A program made the position numbers and the translations under genes. 64,000 nt of DNA, taken from contig CAZYXJ010000001.1 of assembly GCA_964651115.1 (NCBI GenBank), positions 380,243 to 444,242 of the forward strand, read 5' to 3'. Numbering within the stretch: position 1 is the first letter of the stretch; every line of letters begins with the position of its first letter. The notes under the pieces were generated by a model. The model had not been told where the DNA came from. It made no database searches and worked only from the letters and a program-made list of their open reading frames with translations. Shown here piece after piece: positions 46,241 to 54,803 of the stretch. The stretch is from an uncultured Candidatus Saccharibacteria bacterium. Lineage in GTDB: Bacteria; Patescibacteriota; Minisyncoccia; Phycocordibacterales; JACOZG01.

Positions 46241-47013
46241 GCGAATATTATAAAGCAAATCGGGGAGCGGATTGGAATTATGGCGGCCAGAATTGGAAGC
46301 TTAGTCGTTCCAAGATTGATTTGTTTTTAGAGTGCCCGCGGTGTTTTTATTTAGATAATAAACTTGGCGTCAAGCGAGTTCCCGGTTTCCCTTTTTCTTT
46401 AAACAGCGCGGTTGACCATTTGCTTAAGCAAGAATTTGATTTCTATCGGGCTAAAGGTGAGCCGCACCCGCTTCAGGTTGAGGCTAAGGTTAGGGCCCGA
46501 CCAGTCGCTCATCCGGAGCTTGATGAGTGGCGGCGAAATTTTGGCGGCGTAAAACATTTGCATCAAAAAACCGGACTTCTGGTTTGCGGGGCGATCGATG
46601 ATCTGTGGCTCAGCGACCAGGGTGATTATCTGGTGGTTGACTACAAGGCTACCGCCAAAGAGGAGGCGGTTAAAGAGCTCGATAAAGAGTGGCAGATTGG
46701 TTACAAAAGACAGATGGAAGTTTATCAGTGGTTATTGCGGCAGAACGGCTTAAAAGTTTCTGACACCGGTTATTTTGTTTATTGCACTGGCAAGCTGGAC
46801 CGAAAGGCTTTCGATAAAAAAATCGAATTTGACGTTAACTTGATCGCTTACACGGGCAATGACTCGTGGGTCGGGCCGGCGCTCGAAGAGATCAAAGCTT
46901 GCTTGGAAAACCCAAAATTACCAAACTCAGGTTCCGACTGCGATCACTGTAAGTATTGGACTGCCCGTCAACAACTTGAACCGGTTGAGAGTGGGCAAAT
47001 GAGGATGCTATAA
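46237..47013 (+). CDS. PD-(D/E)XK nuclease with Fe-S Cys cluster (Cas4/RecB-nuclease-like), standalone
   Basis: N-terminal Cys (ECPRCF), motif II IDDLW, motif III VVDYKAT, QhxxY (QMEVYQWLL), C-terminal CDHCKYW; no CRISPR or cas neighbours. Confidence 0.55.
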   Translation: MSEYYKANRGADWNYGGQNWKLSRSKIDLFLECPRCFYLDNKLGVKRVPGFPFSLNSAVDHLLKQEFDFYRAKGEPHPLQVEAKVRARPVAHPELDEWRRNFGGVKHLHQKTGLLVCGAIDDLWLSDQGDYLVVDYKATAKEEAVKELDKEWQIGYKRQMEVYQWLLRQNGLKVSDTGYFVYCTGKLDRKAFDKKIEFDVNLIAYTGNDSWVGPALEEIKACLENPKLPNSGSDCDHCKYWTARQQLEPVESGQMRML

Positions 47014-47021
47014 TTTAACTT

Positions 47022-47507
47022 ATGATCGAACTAATCCCTAGTCTTTCTAATGAGATCGTGATGCGATTGATTTTGGCAGTAATTTTGGGGGCGTTATTGG
47101 GTCTGGAGCGGACGCTGGCCGGTAAGACCGCGGGGATGAGGACTTACACCTTAGTTACTTTGGGCTCGGCTATTTTTATTATCGTATCTCAATTAATTAC
47201 TGATCATTATTTCACGTTGGGCGTAAGAGCGTTTGATCCCCTGCGCGTGGCTTCGCAACTGGTGGTGGGGATTGGCTTTTTGGGTGCCGGCTTGATCATC
47301 TTTCAAGATCAAAAATTGCGCGGCCTCACGACGGCCGCTGGGTTGTGGGTGGCCTGTGCTTTAGGCATGGCGATCGGCTTTGGACTCTATTTGTTGGCGA
47401 TCGCCGCGACAATCTTAACTCTGTTCATTTTTACCATTCTCCTTAAAGTGGAACAATTTCTGGAACGAAAGATTCGGCCGCAATGGGACGAAGCTCACAA
47501 AAAATAA
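47022..47507 (+). CDS. mgtC: MgtC/SapB family membrane protein
   Basis: LGLERTLAGKTAGMRTYTLVTLGSA is the MgtC signature; 4-5 TM helices. Confidence 0.75.
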   Translation: MIELIPSLSNEIVMRLILAVILGALLGLERTLAGKTAGMRTYTLVTLGSAIFIIVSQLITDHYFTLGVRAFDPLRVASQLVVGIGFLGAGLIIFQDQKLRGLTTAAGLWVACALGMAIGFGLYLLAIAATILTLFIFTILLKVEQFLERKIRPQWDEAHKK

Positions 47508-48091
47508 CTGATCTGCGAGATCTGCGCGAGGCCGTGTTGGCCTTACCAAGTTCGGAGTTGGTTAACTTTCGTCGAGAAAATAGTTATCAGCCGGTCATTG
47601 GCGAGGGCGATCCGGACGCCCGGTTAATTTTAATTGGCGAGGCTCCCGGCAAGAACGAAGCCCTTTCGGGTCGGCCTTTTTGCGGCGCGTCGGGGAAGAT
47701 TCTCGATCAGATTTTGGCCGAGGTTGGTTTAGCGCGCTCGGCGATCTATATTACTAGTATTGTTAAGGATCGACCGCCGGCTAATCGTGACCCACGGCCA
47801 GAGGAGATCGCCACTTACGCGCCCTTTTTGGACCAACAGCTACTGATTATCCAGCCCACGGTTATTGGCACTTTAGGTCGATTTTCGATGCAGTATATTT
47901 TGTCTCGTCTGGGTTTAGCTGAGCAGATAGGCCCGATCAGCTCTCTCCATGGTCGAGTTTTTGAGTCCGAACTCCCTTATGGAGCCGTTAAAGTGATGCC
48001 TCTGTACCATCCGGCGGCGACGATTTATAATCAAGGCCTGCGAGGCGCTCTGCTCGAAGATTTCAAAAAACTTAAGCGATTAGTTGATTAA
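47483..48091 (+). CDS. uracil-DNA glycosylase, family 4
   Basis: LILIGEAPGKNEALSGRPFCGASGKILD, the family-4 UDG motif. Confidence 0.8.
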   Translation: MGRSSQKITDLRDLREAVLALPSSELVNFRRENSYQPVIGEGDPDARLILIGEAPGKNEALSGRPFCGASGKILDQILAEVGLARSAIYITSIVKDRPPANRDPRPEEIATYAPFLDQQLLIIQPTVIGTLGRFSMQYILSRLGLAEQIGPISSLHGRVFESELPYGAVKVMPLYHPAATIYNQGLRGALLEDFKKLKRLVD

Positions 48092-48870
48092 TGAAGCGGA
48101 CACTCATCTCCTGGAACGTTAATGGCATCCGCGCCGCCGAGCGCAAGGGTTTTTTGCCTTGGTTGGCGGCGGGTAATTATGACGTGGTCTCGATCCAAGA
48201 AACCAAAGTCAGCCGCGACGTTAAGCTGGCCCCGGAGCTGGTCTCACCGCCCGGCTATCAATCTTATTGGGATTACGCCGAAAAGAAGGGGTACAGTGGC
48301 GTAGCTAGCTTTGCTCGGCAGGATTTTTTACCCCAAAAGATCGTAACCGAATTTAATGATCGTACTTTGGCCCAGGAGGGGAGACTGCTCGAATTGGCTT
48401 ACCCTGAATTTTCGTTATTTAACGTCTATTTTCCTAACGGCAAACGCGACGCCGCTCGGTTAAAATATAAGTTAGATTTTTATGAACATTTCCTAGCTTA
48501 TCTTAAGGAGTTGCAAACGGCAGGGCGCTCAGTTATTTTTTGCGGCGACGTCAATACGGCTCACCAAGAAATTGATTTAGCGCGGCCCAAAGAAAATTCG
48601 AAGGTCTCTGGTTTTTTACCGATCGAACGAGAGTGGATGGATCGAGTCGTGGCCGCCGGCTTTGTTGATACTCTCAGACTCTTTCACCCCGAGCCAAATT
48701 TGTATAGTTGGTGGGATCAATATAGCTTTGCTCGGGAGCGCAACGTTGGTTGGCGGATTGATTACTTTTTCGTCAGTGCTGATCTAGCGCCGAAGGTAAC
48801 GGATGCCTTTATTCTAACTGATGTCTATGGCTCAGATCACGCGCCGGTTGGCCTCACGATTGATCTATGA
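48091..48870 (+). CDS. xth: exodeoxyribonuclease III (AP endonuclease)
   Basis: LISWNVNGIRAA, DVVSIQETK, GSDHAPV. Confidence 0.85.
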   Translation: MKRTLISWNVNGIRAAERKGFLPWLAAGNYDVVSIQETKVSRDVKLAPELVSPPGYQSYWDYAEKKGYSGVASFARQDFLPQKIVTEFNDRTLAQEGRLLELAYPEFSLFNVYFPNGKRDAARLKYKLDFYEHFLAYLKELQTAGRSVIFCGDVNTAHQEIDLARPKENSKVSGFLPIEREWMDRVVAAGFVDTLRLFHPEPNLYSWWDQYSFARERNVGWRIDYFFVSADLAPKVTDAFILTDVYGSDHAPVGLTIDL

Positions 48871-49583
48871 TTTATTTCTTTTTCGGCACTGATCAGACCG
48901 CGGCTCGGGCCAAGTGGCGCGCGGTCGGTGAATCATTCGCGGGTAAGTATCCTACGGGATCGTGCTTCGTTTTCGAGGCGGAAAATTTTAATCCGACAGT
49001 CTGGGAGGAGTTGGCGGGGTCGGCCGATCTTTTTGGTGACAAGCGTTTAGTATTGGCCAGTCGGCTGAGTGAGAATCCGGAGGCCCTGGCTTTTATCGAA
49101 ACTCATTTGGCCGAATTGGTCGCGACGCCGGTGGTTTTTGCTTGTCTGGAAACCGCCTTGGCGCCGGCCTGGCGGAAAAAATTGGAACAGGCCGGCGCCA
49201 AACTCTCGGAGTCTAAGTCGCGCCAAGTGGTCGGCGAAAACTTCAACCCCTTTGCTCTTAGCGACGCGGTGTTGGCGCGCGATCGCAAAGCTCTATGGTT
49301 GGCTTATCAAAAATTATTGGATCAGCGGCTGGCACCAGAAGAGATTTTTTGGAAATTAGTTTGGCCGGTTAAGAATATGTTGTTGGTTAAGTCCTCGGAG
49401 GGTGGCGGGGCGAGCCGCTTGAGCCCTGGGGTCGCCAGTCGGGCGCGCTCGGCGCTCAGTCGTTTTGCTGATGGTGAGGTGGAGGAGCTGTCGGGACGGC
49501 TGGTAAGACTCTGGCATCAAACCAAAGAAGAGGGAGGAGGTGACTTTGCGGTTGGCCTTGAGCAATTGATCTTAACGTTATAA
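48867..49583 (+). CDS. DNA polymerase III delta subunit-like (HolA-like, short)
   Basis: N-terminus MIYFFFGTD resembles the HolA start; 238 aa. Confidence 0.4.
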   Translation: MIYFFFGTDQTAARAKWRAVGESFAGKYPTGSCFVFEAENFNPTVWEELAGSADLFGDKRLVLASRLSENPEALAFIETHLAELVATPVVFACLETALAPAWRKKLEQAGAKLSESKSRQVVGENFNPFALSDAVLARDRKALWLAYQKLLDQRLAPEEIFWKLVWPVKNMLLVKSSEGGGASRLSPGVASRARSALSRFADGEVEELSGRLVRLWHQTKEEGGGDFAVGLEQLILTL

Positions 49584-49607
49584 TAGATTAGTATTTCGTT
49601 GACGTGA

Positions 49608-49680
49608 GCCCCGTTAGCTCAGTTGGTAGAGCAGCTGCCTTTTAAGCAGACGGTCGCAGGTTCGATTCCTGCACGGGGCA
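49608..49680 (+). tRNA. tRNA-Lys (anticodon TTT)
   Basis: Acceptor GCCCCGT/ACGGGGC, D-arm TAGCTCAGTTGGTAGAGCA, anticodon loop CTTTTAA, T-arm GCAGGTTCGATTCCTGC. Confidence 0.8.
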
Positions 49681-49681
49681 C

Positions 49682-50149
49682 TTGGCTACGGTTCTTATTC
49701 TCGATAATCTTCGCAGTGCCGAAAACGTGGGCGCCATTTTCCGCACCGCGGACGCGGCTGGAGTGAGTAAGATTTTTCTCACTGGCTACACGCCGGCGCC
49801 GCGCGACCGCTTTGATCGGCCGGTGGCCAAGTTGGCTAAGGCAGCGCTCGGCGCCGAAGAATTTGTGTCGTGGGAGTCGCGACCCGAGGCCGGAACGTTA
49901 ATTAATGATTTGCGTAATCACGGTTATAAAATTGTCGCGCTGGAGCAGGCACCGGGCGCGGTTGACTATTCGACGATCCCTGCCGATCAACCACTTGGGG
50001 TAATTGTGGGGAACGAAGTGGCCGGCGTCTCACCGGAACTTTTGGCGGCCGCTGATCTGGTGGCCGAGATCCCAATGTGCGGTCGCAAGGAGTCGCTTAA
50101 CGTCTCGGTGGCGGTGGGGATCTTTCTTTACCGTCACCATTTGCGCTAG
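49682..50149 (+). CDS. SpoU/TrmH-family RNA 2'-O-methyltransferase
   Basis: SPOUT motifs LEQAPGAVDY, IVGNEVAGVS, IPMCGRKESLNVSVAVGIFLY; start directly after the tRNA (TTG). Confidence 0.7.
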   Translation: MATVLILDNLRSAENVGAIFRTADAAGVSKIFLTGYTPAPRDRFDRPVAKLAKAALGAEEFVSWESRPEAGTLINDLRNHGYKIVALEQAPGAVDYSTIPADQPLGVIVGNEVAGVSPELLAAADLVAEIPMCGRKESLNVSVAVGIFLYRHHLR

Positions 50150-50222
50150 ATTGACGGCGCTAAGATTTGCGTTAAGCTGTAACCGGATGACCCTGGTTTA
50201 ATTTAAAGAACAGGAGGATCTA

Positions 50223-50552
50223 ATGTACCTGCGCTTTGAGTATCGTTTTGATTGCGATAACGAGGTGATGGTGAGCCGGGTTTGCGCCAAGTTGATTGAC
50301 GCTCTGTTCAATTATTTTGGAGAGCGAAAGTTCTCTCCGGAGGAGCAAGATGGCGTTATCAAACTCGCCCTTAACGATTGCTGGCCTCTCGAAACCACTA
50401 TCGTGGTGGGTAATGGCTCAGTGGTGGGGGATTTGAAATTGACAGGCAGGTTTAATCCGACTGAGGCCTTCATTCGGAGAACTGTCGATCAGCATGCCCG
50501 TGAGATCGGCTTGCGGCCGGCGATGCCGGGCGCGGTTGTGGGGGCGGCGTAG
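50223..50552 (+). CDS. hypothetical protein (109 aa)
   Basis: AGGAGG Shine-Dalgarno upstream; no recognisable family. Confidence 0.4.
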   Translation: MYLRFEYRFDCDNEVMVSRVCAKLIDALFNYFGERKFSPEEQDGVIKLALNDCWPLETTIVVGNGSVVGDLKLTGRFNPTEAFIRRTVDQHAREIGLRPAMPGAVVGAA

Positions 50553-50596
50553 ATTTGGTGCGGGGGATCGCCTTGACCTTAAGTGGTCAAGGCGAT

Positions 50597-51424
50597 TTAT
50601 TTTTGGCAAACGAGGCAGAAGTGGGTGCCGCGACCGTTTAGTTTAATTTTTTGGATTAGTTCTCGGCACTGCTTACAGCTTTGACCACCGCGGCCGTAAA
50701 CTTTTAAGTAGGCCACCATGCGGCCCTGGCCGCCGTTGGAGCGGCGGTAATTACGGGCGGAGGTGCCCTTTTTGGCGATTGATAATTTCAAAACGCTCAC
50801 GATGGAGTGATAGAGTTTTTCTATTTCTTTTTTGCTGAGACTTGCCGCCAGGCGATCAGGCCGAACTCCCGCCAAGAAGCACGCCTCGTCCACATAAATA
50901 TTTCCCAAACCGGCAATGAGCTGTTGGTCGAGGAGGATTTGTTTGAGGCGTCGCCTCGGGTAGTGCTTAATAATTTCCCCGAGAATCGCGGGAGAAAAAT
51001 TACGGCTTAAAGGCTCTGGTCCGTGGCGGTCAAAAATTTTTTCAGCTTCGGTCTTGGGCAAGACCTTGAGCCAGCCAAATTTGCGCAGATCGTTAAAGCG
51101 GAGGCGCGAGCCATCGGTAAAATCAAATATGGCTCGGGTGTGTTTGCTTGGTTCGCGAGTTGGTGGAGCTGGGTGTCCGCCCATCACGGATTGCCCGCGA
51201 GTGGGCTCAAAGATTAGTTGGCCCGTCATCTTGAGGTGGATGAGCAGATTTTCGTGCCCAGCGAGTTCGAAGATTAGAATTTTAGCTCGTCGTTCGACGG
51301 CGGCAATTTTTTTACCAGTCAAGGGGAGAGCAAACTTTTCCGAAGTAAAGGCCTTAATTTTTTTGCCCACCAACACCCGCGCCAGCTCGCGCTTGAGCGT
51401 CTCCACTTCGGGTAATTCTGGCAT
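50597..51424 (-). CDS. mutM: formamidopyrimidine-DNA glycosylase (Fpg/MutM)
   Basis: N-terminal MPELPEVE (catalytic Pro2/Glu3); helix-two-turn-helix domain; C-terminal zinc finger CKQC...CLVC. Confidence 0.85.
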   Translation of the reverse strand: MPELPEVETLKRELARVLVGKKIKAFTSEKFALPLTGKKIAAVERRAKILIFELAGHENLLIHLKMTGQLIFEPTRGQSVMGGHPAPPTREPSKHTRAIFDFTDGSRLRFNDLRKFGWLKVLPKTEAEKIFDRHGPEPLSRNFSPAILGEIIKHYPRRRLKQILLDQQLIAGLGNIYVDEACFLAGVRPDRLAASLSKKEIEKLYHSIVSVLKLSIAKKGTSARNYRRSNGGQGRMVAYLKVYGRGGQSCKQCRELIQKIKLNGRGTHFCLVCQK

Positions 51425-51442
51425 GCGGATAGCTTATCTGGT

Positions 51443-52615
51443 TTAGGAAATTTTGGCTAACTCTTCTGTGGTAATGCCCTTATCGCTCCACGGTTCTTTG
51501 GTGCCAGCGGCCCGCATAATGTAGGGATCAGTGCCTTTGCCCGTGATCAAAACGACGTCTCCCGGCTGAGCGGTTTTTAAGGCTTGGCGAATTGCTTCTC
51601 GGCGGTCCATGATAATTTTATATTTCCCCGAGTCTTTAACCCCGGCGGCGACTTCTTTAACGATTTTTTCTGGGTCTTCGTCGTAAGGATCTTCGTCGGT
51701 AAAGAAGATTTGGTCGCAGTAGCGTCCGGCGATCTCGCCCATCACTGGCCGCTTCCAGCTATCGCGGCCGCCACCGGTGCCTCCTAAGACACAGATTTTG
51801 CGTTGGTGGGGGAATGATTTATAAACCGCTTCGAGTGAGTCAGGAGTGTGGGCGTAGTCGACGATGATCTCAAAAGGCGCGCCGGCTACTTTTTCCATTC
51901 GGCCAGCTACGCCTTTAAATTTTTTGATAGCGCGGGTGATTGTGTCACGAGAAATTCCCAGGGCCTCGGCCAGCGTGCCAGCCGCTAGAATATTATATTT
52001 GTTAAAGTCGCCGATTAAAGAACTCTGGTTAACATAATCCGGGGCCTCGGCCAGACGGAAGGACCGGGTATCGGCGACGCCGAGGGCGGCAAAATGGGCC
52101 GATTCGGGGTCGTCGCCGTTGATGATTAGGAGTGGTCGGGCGGTGCGCGAGCGGAGTAGCTGGCGGGCTAACTCGATCTTGGCAGCACGGTAATTCTCGT
52201 AAGAGCCGTGACTCTCAATGTGCTCCGGGGCGAGATTGGTAAAGACGAAGGCGTTGAGGTTGATCCCGCGATGGCGGTATTGCGGGGCCCCCTGGCTCGT
52301 CATCTCAATGACGGCGTGGGTGCAGCCGGCTTGGAGGGCTCGGTGGAAAAATTTTTGCAGCCAGCCTCGGCCGGGCATCGACATCTTTTTTAAATTTGGC
52401 TCAGAGTGATTGTCGATTTTAGTCCTTACGGTGGAGGCGAGAGCGGTGCGGTAGCCGGCTTCTTCTAAAATGGCGTTGATCAGCTCGGCGGTCGTACTCT
52501 TGCCTTTGGTTCCGGTAATGCCGATGACGAAAAGTTTTCGGGAGGGGAAGCGGTAAATCGCGGCGCTACCGACGGCCCAGAGCCAGTGATAAATTTGATG
52601 GAACAATTTAATCAT
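51443..52615 (-). CDS. Mur ligase family protein (MurE/MurT-like)
   Basis: ATP-binding P-loop IGITGTKGKSTT and Mur-ligase middle and C-terminal domains; 390 aa lacks the MurE N-domain. Confidence 0.55.
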   Translation of the reverse strand: MIKLFHQIYHWLWAVGSAAIYRFPSRKLFVIGITGTKGKSTTAELINAILEEAGYRTALASTVRTKIDNHSEPNLKKMSMPGRGWLQKFFHRALQAGCTHAVIEMTSQGAPQYRHRGINLNAFVFTNLAPEHIESHGSYENYRAAKIELARQLLRSRTARPLLIINGDDPESAHFAALGVADTRSFRLAEAPDYVNQSSLIGDFNKYNILAAGTLAEALGISRDTITRAIKKFKGVAGRMEKVAGAPFEIIVDYAHTPDSLEAVYKSFPHQRKICVLGGTGGGRDSWKRPVMGEIAGRYCDQIFFTDEDPYDEDPEKIVKEVAAGVKDSGKYKIIMDRREAIRQALKTAQPGDVVLITGKGTDPYIMRAAGTKEPWSDKGITTEELAKIS

Positions 52616-53196
52616 GATTTAGAGCTTAGGAATTTAAGAGCCGCCTTTACTTTGTCGCCAGTGTCGGAGAGTTCGGCCGGCAGTTGGCGCAAGGCGTCCC
52701 GGGCTTCTCTTAAGCCGTAGCCCAGGGCCTGTAAGGCCTCGATTACTTCGGCTTCGCCAGTGAGGGTGGCGCTTGATTCGGCGCTGGCTAAGGCGCCTAA
52801 CTTATCGCGCAATTCGAGAATAATTTTTTCCGCGCTTTTCTTGCCGATGCCGGAGACGCGGGTGAGATAAGAAGAGTCGCCCGCGGCGATTGCTCGTTCG
52901 AGGGTGGTAGGCGGCGCCAAAGAGAGGATCCCGAGGGCGCTTTTAGGGCCAATGCCCGAGATCGAGATCAACAGTTCAAAAAAATTTAATTCGGCCTGTT
53001 CTAAAAACCCGTAGAGGTCTAAGGCGTCTTCGCGAACAATCTGATGGATCCAGAGCCGGAGCGGTTCAGGCGTGATGGCTCCCAGTTGGCGTTGGGCCTC
53101 GGCCGAAACGTATACCTTGTAGCCCACGCCGCCGACCTCTAAAATCAAGTAACGTTCGCCTCGGTAAGCGACCTTGCCAGTCAATTGACCAATCAT
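52612..53196 (-). CDS. ruvA: Holliday junction DNA helicase RuvA
   Basis: MIGQLTGKV...GVGYKVYVS OB domain, HhH pair (ISGIGPKSA), C-terminal domain III. Confidence 0.85.
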   Translation of the reverse strand: MIGQLTGKVAYRGERYLILEVGGVGYKVYVSAEAQRQLGAITPEPLRLWIHQIVREDALDLYGFLEQAELNFFELLISISGIGPKSALGILSLAPPTTLERAIAAGDSSYLTRVSGIGKKSAEKIILELRDKLGALASAESSATLTGEAEVIEALQALGYGLREARDALRQLPAELSDTGDKVKAALKFLSSKS

Positions 53197-53253
53197 GCCG
53201 CTAGTATACCGTGACGTTGCTTTTTTCTCTATTCTCGGTATACTCCTAGGGAT

Positions 53254-53517
53254 ATGGCAATTACCAAGTCAGCAAAAAAGGCGATCCGCTCATCCGAGCG
53301 CAAGCGTGTCTTTAACGTCCGTCGTAAGCGCGTGATGGTAGAAGCGGTTAAGCAGGTTAAGAAACTAGTTTCGAGCAAGGAGGTTAAGGCCGCCGCCAAG
53401 GAGTTGGCCGCCGCTTATCAGGCCATCGACAAGGCCGCTAAGCGTGGCGTGATCAAGAAGAACGCCGCCGCTCGCAAAAAGTCTCGCCTCGCTGCGCTCT
53501 TAAAGCGCTCTCAGTAA
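53254..53517 (+). CDS. rpsT: 30S ribosomal protein S20
   Basis: MAITKSAKKAIRSSERKRVFNVRRK...AAKRGVIKKNAAARKKSRL. Confidence 0.85.
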   Translation: MAITKSAKKAIRSSERKRVFNVRRKRVMVEAVKQVKKLVSSKEVKAAAKELAAAYQAIDKAAKRGVIKKNAAARKKSRLAALLKRSQ

Positions 53518-53526
53518 TCCTTCGGG

Positions 53527-53598
53527 TCCTCTCGGTAGGAATCGAACCTACATCGTGGGTTCCGCAAACCCATATTCTATCCATTGAACTACGAGAGG
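53527..53598 (-). tRNA. tRNA with anticodon GCG (Arg; unusual anticodon)
   Basis: Reverse complement: acceptor CCTCTCG/CGAGAGG, D-arm TAGTTCAATGGATAGAATA, anticodon stem TGGGT/ACCCA with loop TTGCGGA, T-arm GTAGGTTCGATTCCTAC. Arms are near-identical to tRNA-Arg(TCT) at 58841. Confidence 0.6.
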
Positions 53599-53648
53599 GT
53601 AACGTTCTGTATCCTACACGAAAATAGTCTCGGCGCAAAGCCGCAGGC

Positions 53649-54116
53649 TTAAAAACCTAGTTCCTCCCAAATAATATCGATGACGGATTCTTCGTGACGC
53701 TGTTCTGGCAGGTATTGGAGCAGAAATTCGCGCGCTTGCTCGTTAGTGATGTTTTCGGGGAGAGGGACGACTAAGTGGGGCAAAAAGGTGCGCTCCGATT
53801 CGATAATTATTTTGTGAGGATGACGATCGTCATGGACCCAAAAAGAATGGAGGCGATCGTAGGGGAAGAGACGGTTGCTAATTTTAAGTCCGCGCGGTGA
53901 GAGAGAATAATTAATCATTTCTGGTTTCCGGACGCCGTAGAGAATGAGGGTAAAGGCTCCTAAAAGGACGATAATGGCAAACAAAAAGTTAGCCAACAAA
54001 AGGGCGATCAGAAAAAATATTGCCGCGATAATCCCAAGGGACCAGTACCACGTGCTAGTCTTTGGTTGATGAATGTACTCGGGTGCTTGCCACTCAAAAC
54101 TTTTAGGCAAATCCAT
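53649..54116 (-). CDS. bacterial PH-domain (bPH_2/DUF304-like) membrane protein
   Basis: Two N-terminal TM helices, then a ~90-aa domain (..ISNRLFPYDRLHSFWV..) with YdbS/YdbT-like architecture. Confidence 0.45.
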   Translation of the reverse strand: MDLPKSFEWQAPEYIHQPKTSTWYWSLGIIAAIFFLIALLLANFLFAIIVLLGAFTLILYGVRKPEMINYSLSPRGLKISNRLFPYDRLHSFWVHDDRHPHKIIIESERTFLPHLVVPLPENITNEQAREFLLQYLPEQRHEESVIDIIWEELGF

Positions 54117-54179
54117 GGGCTCATTATACCATTAAGTGGTTTGTCAAACAGGGGGAAAGTGCGCTAGTGTAGTTTTGTT

Positions 54180-54264
54180 GGAGGAGTGGCAGAGTGGTCT
54201 ATCGCACCTGTCTTGAAAACAGGAGTCTCGCAAGGGACCGTGAGTTCGAATCTCACCTCCTCCG
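54180..54264 (+). tRNA. tRNA-Ser (anticodon TGA), long variable arm
   Basis: Acceptor GGAGGAG/CTCCTCC, anticodon stem CCTGT/ACAGG with loop CTTGAAA, long variable arm GAGTCTCGCAAGGGACC, T-arm GTGAGTTCGAATCTCAC. Confidence 0.8.
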
Positions 54265-54383
54265 CACTGGGTACTGAACCCACAATGCCCGCTATTTACT
54301 TTTTGTCAAACTCTGTGCTAGTTATATATCCGGCGCGGATTAATGCGATTTGCGCACAGTTCTTCGTAATAGGAGACGTTTAC

Positions 54384-54803
54384 ATGGGCAAGTTAATGCA
54401 GTGGATGCAAGGCGAGCTCGAGGGGATCGGGGCCGCGGATGTTAAGGCGCCCGAGTTTTCGGTGGCCGTCGGCGAGGAGGTGCTCGGTACTCTGACCGAT
54501 CTCTACCTGCAGAAGCTCTGGGTGCTCGGCGAACGGTTGAGTAACGAGTTGGCGACTCTTGCCAAGGAGCCCGCTCACAAGCGGAATACGATCACTCTGA
54601 GCGAGAAGAAAGACGTCGTGTACACGCTCTTCTGGACCGGCCTTCGGCACGAGCTTTCCGAGGACGCTCTCGTGAGGTTCGACAAGGAGTGTTCCATGAT
54701 CGGTATTCGCAAGGGCTGGGAGATCGTGGCCTGTCGCAAGCCCCAGTTTTCGCTGCCCGCCGTCCTCCTGGCGTTCGGGCCCCGCATTCCGATTCCGGGC
54801 TAA
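54384..54803 (+). CDS. hypothetical GC-rich protein (139 aa)
   Basis: ATG with AGGAG Shine-Dalgarno; the track ORF 54186..54803 is trimmed because its 5' part is tRNA-Ser. Followed by terminator AGGCGACCAAA-ttttt-GGTCGCCTTTTT. Confidence 0.45.
   Translation: MGKLMQWMQGELEGIGAADVKAPEFSVAVGEEVLGTLTDLYLQKLWVLGERLSNELATLAKEPAHKRNTITLSEKKDVVYTLFWTGLRHELSEDALVRFDKECSMIGIRKGWEIVACRKPQFSLPAVLLAFGPRIPIPG

Noticed and set aside
54186-54383. 5' extension of ORF 54186..54803 and of ORF 58964..59566 (59369-59566), and ORF 153..218
   Set aside because: These extensions translate through tRNA genes (Ser, Val, Gly), so the CDS starts were trimmed to internal ATG/GTG codons with Shine-Dalgarno sites.
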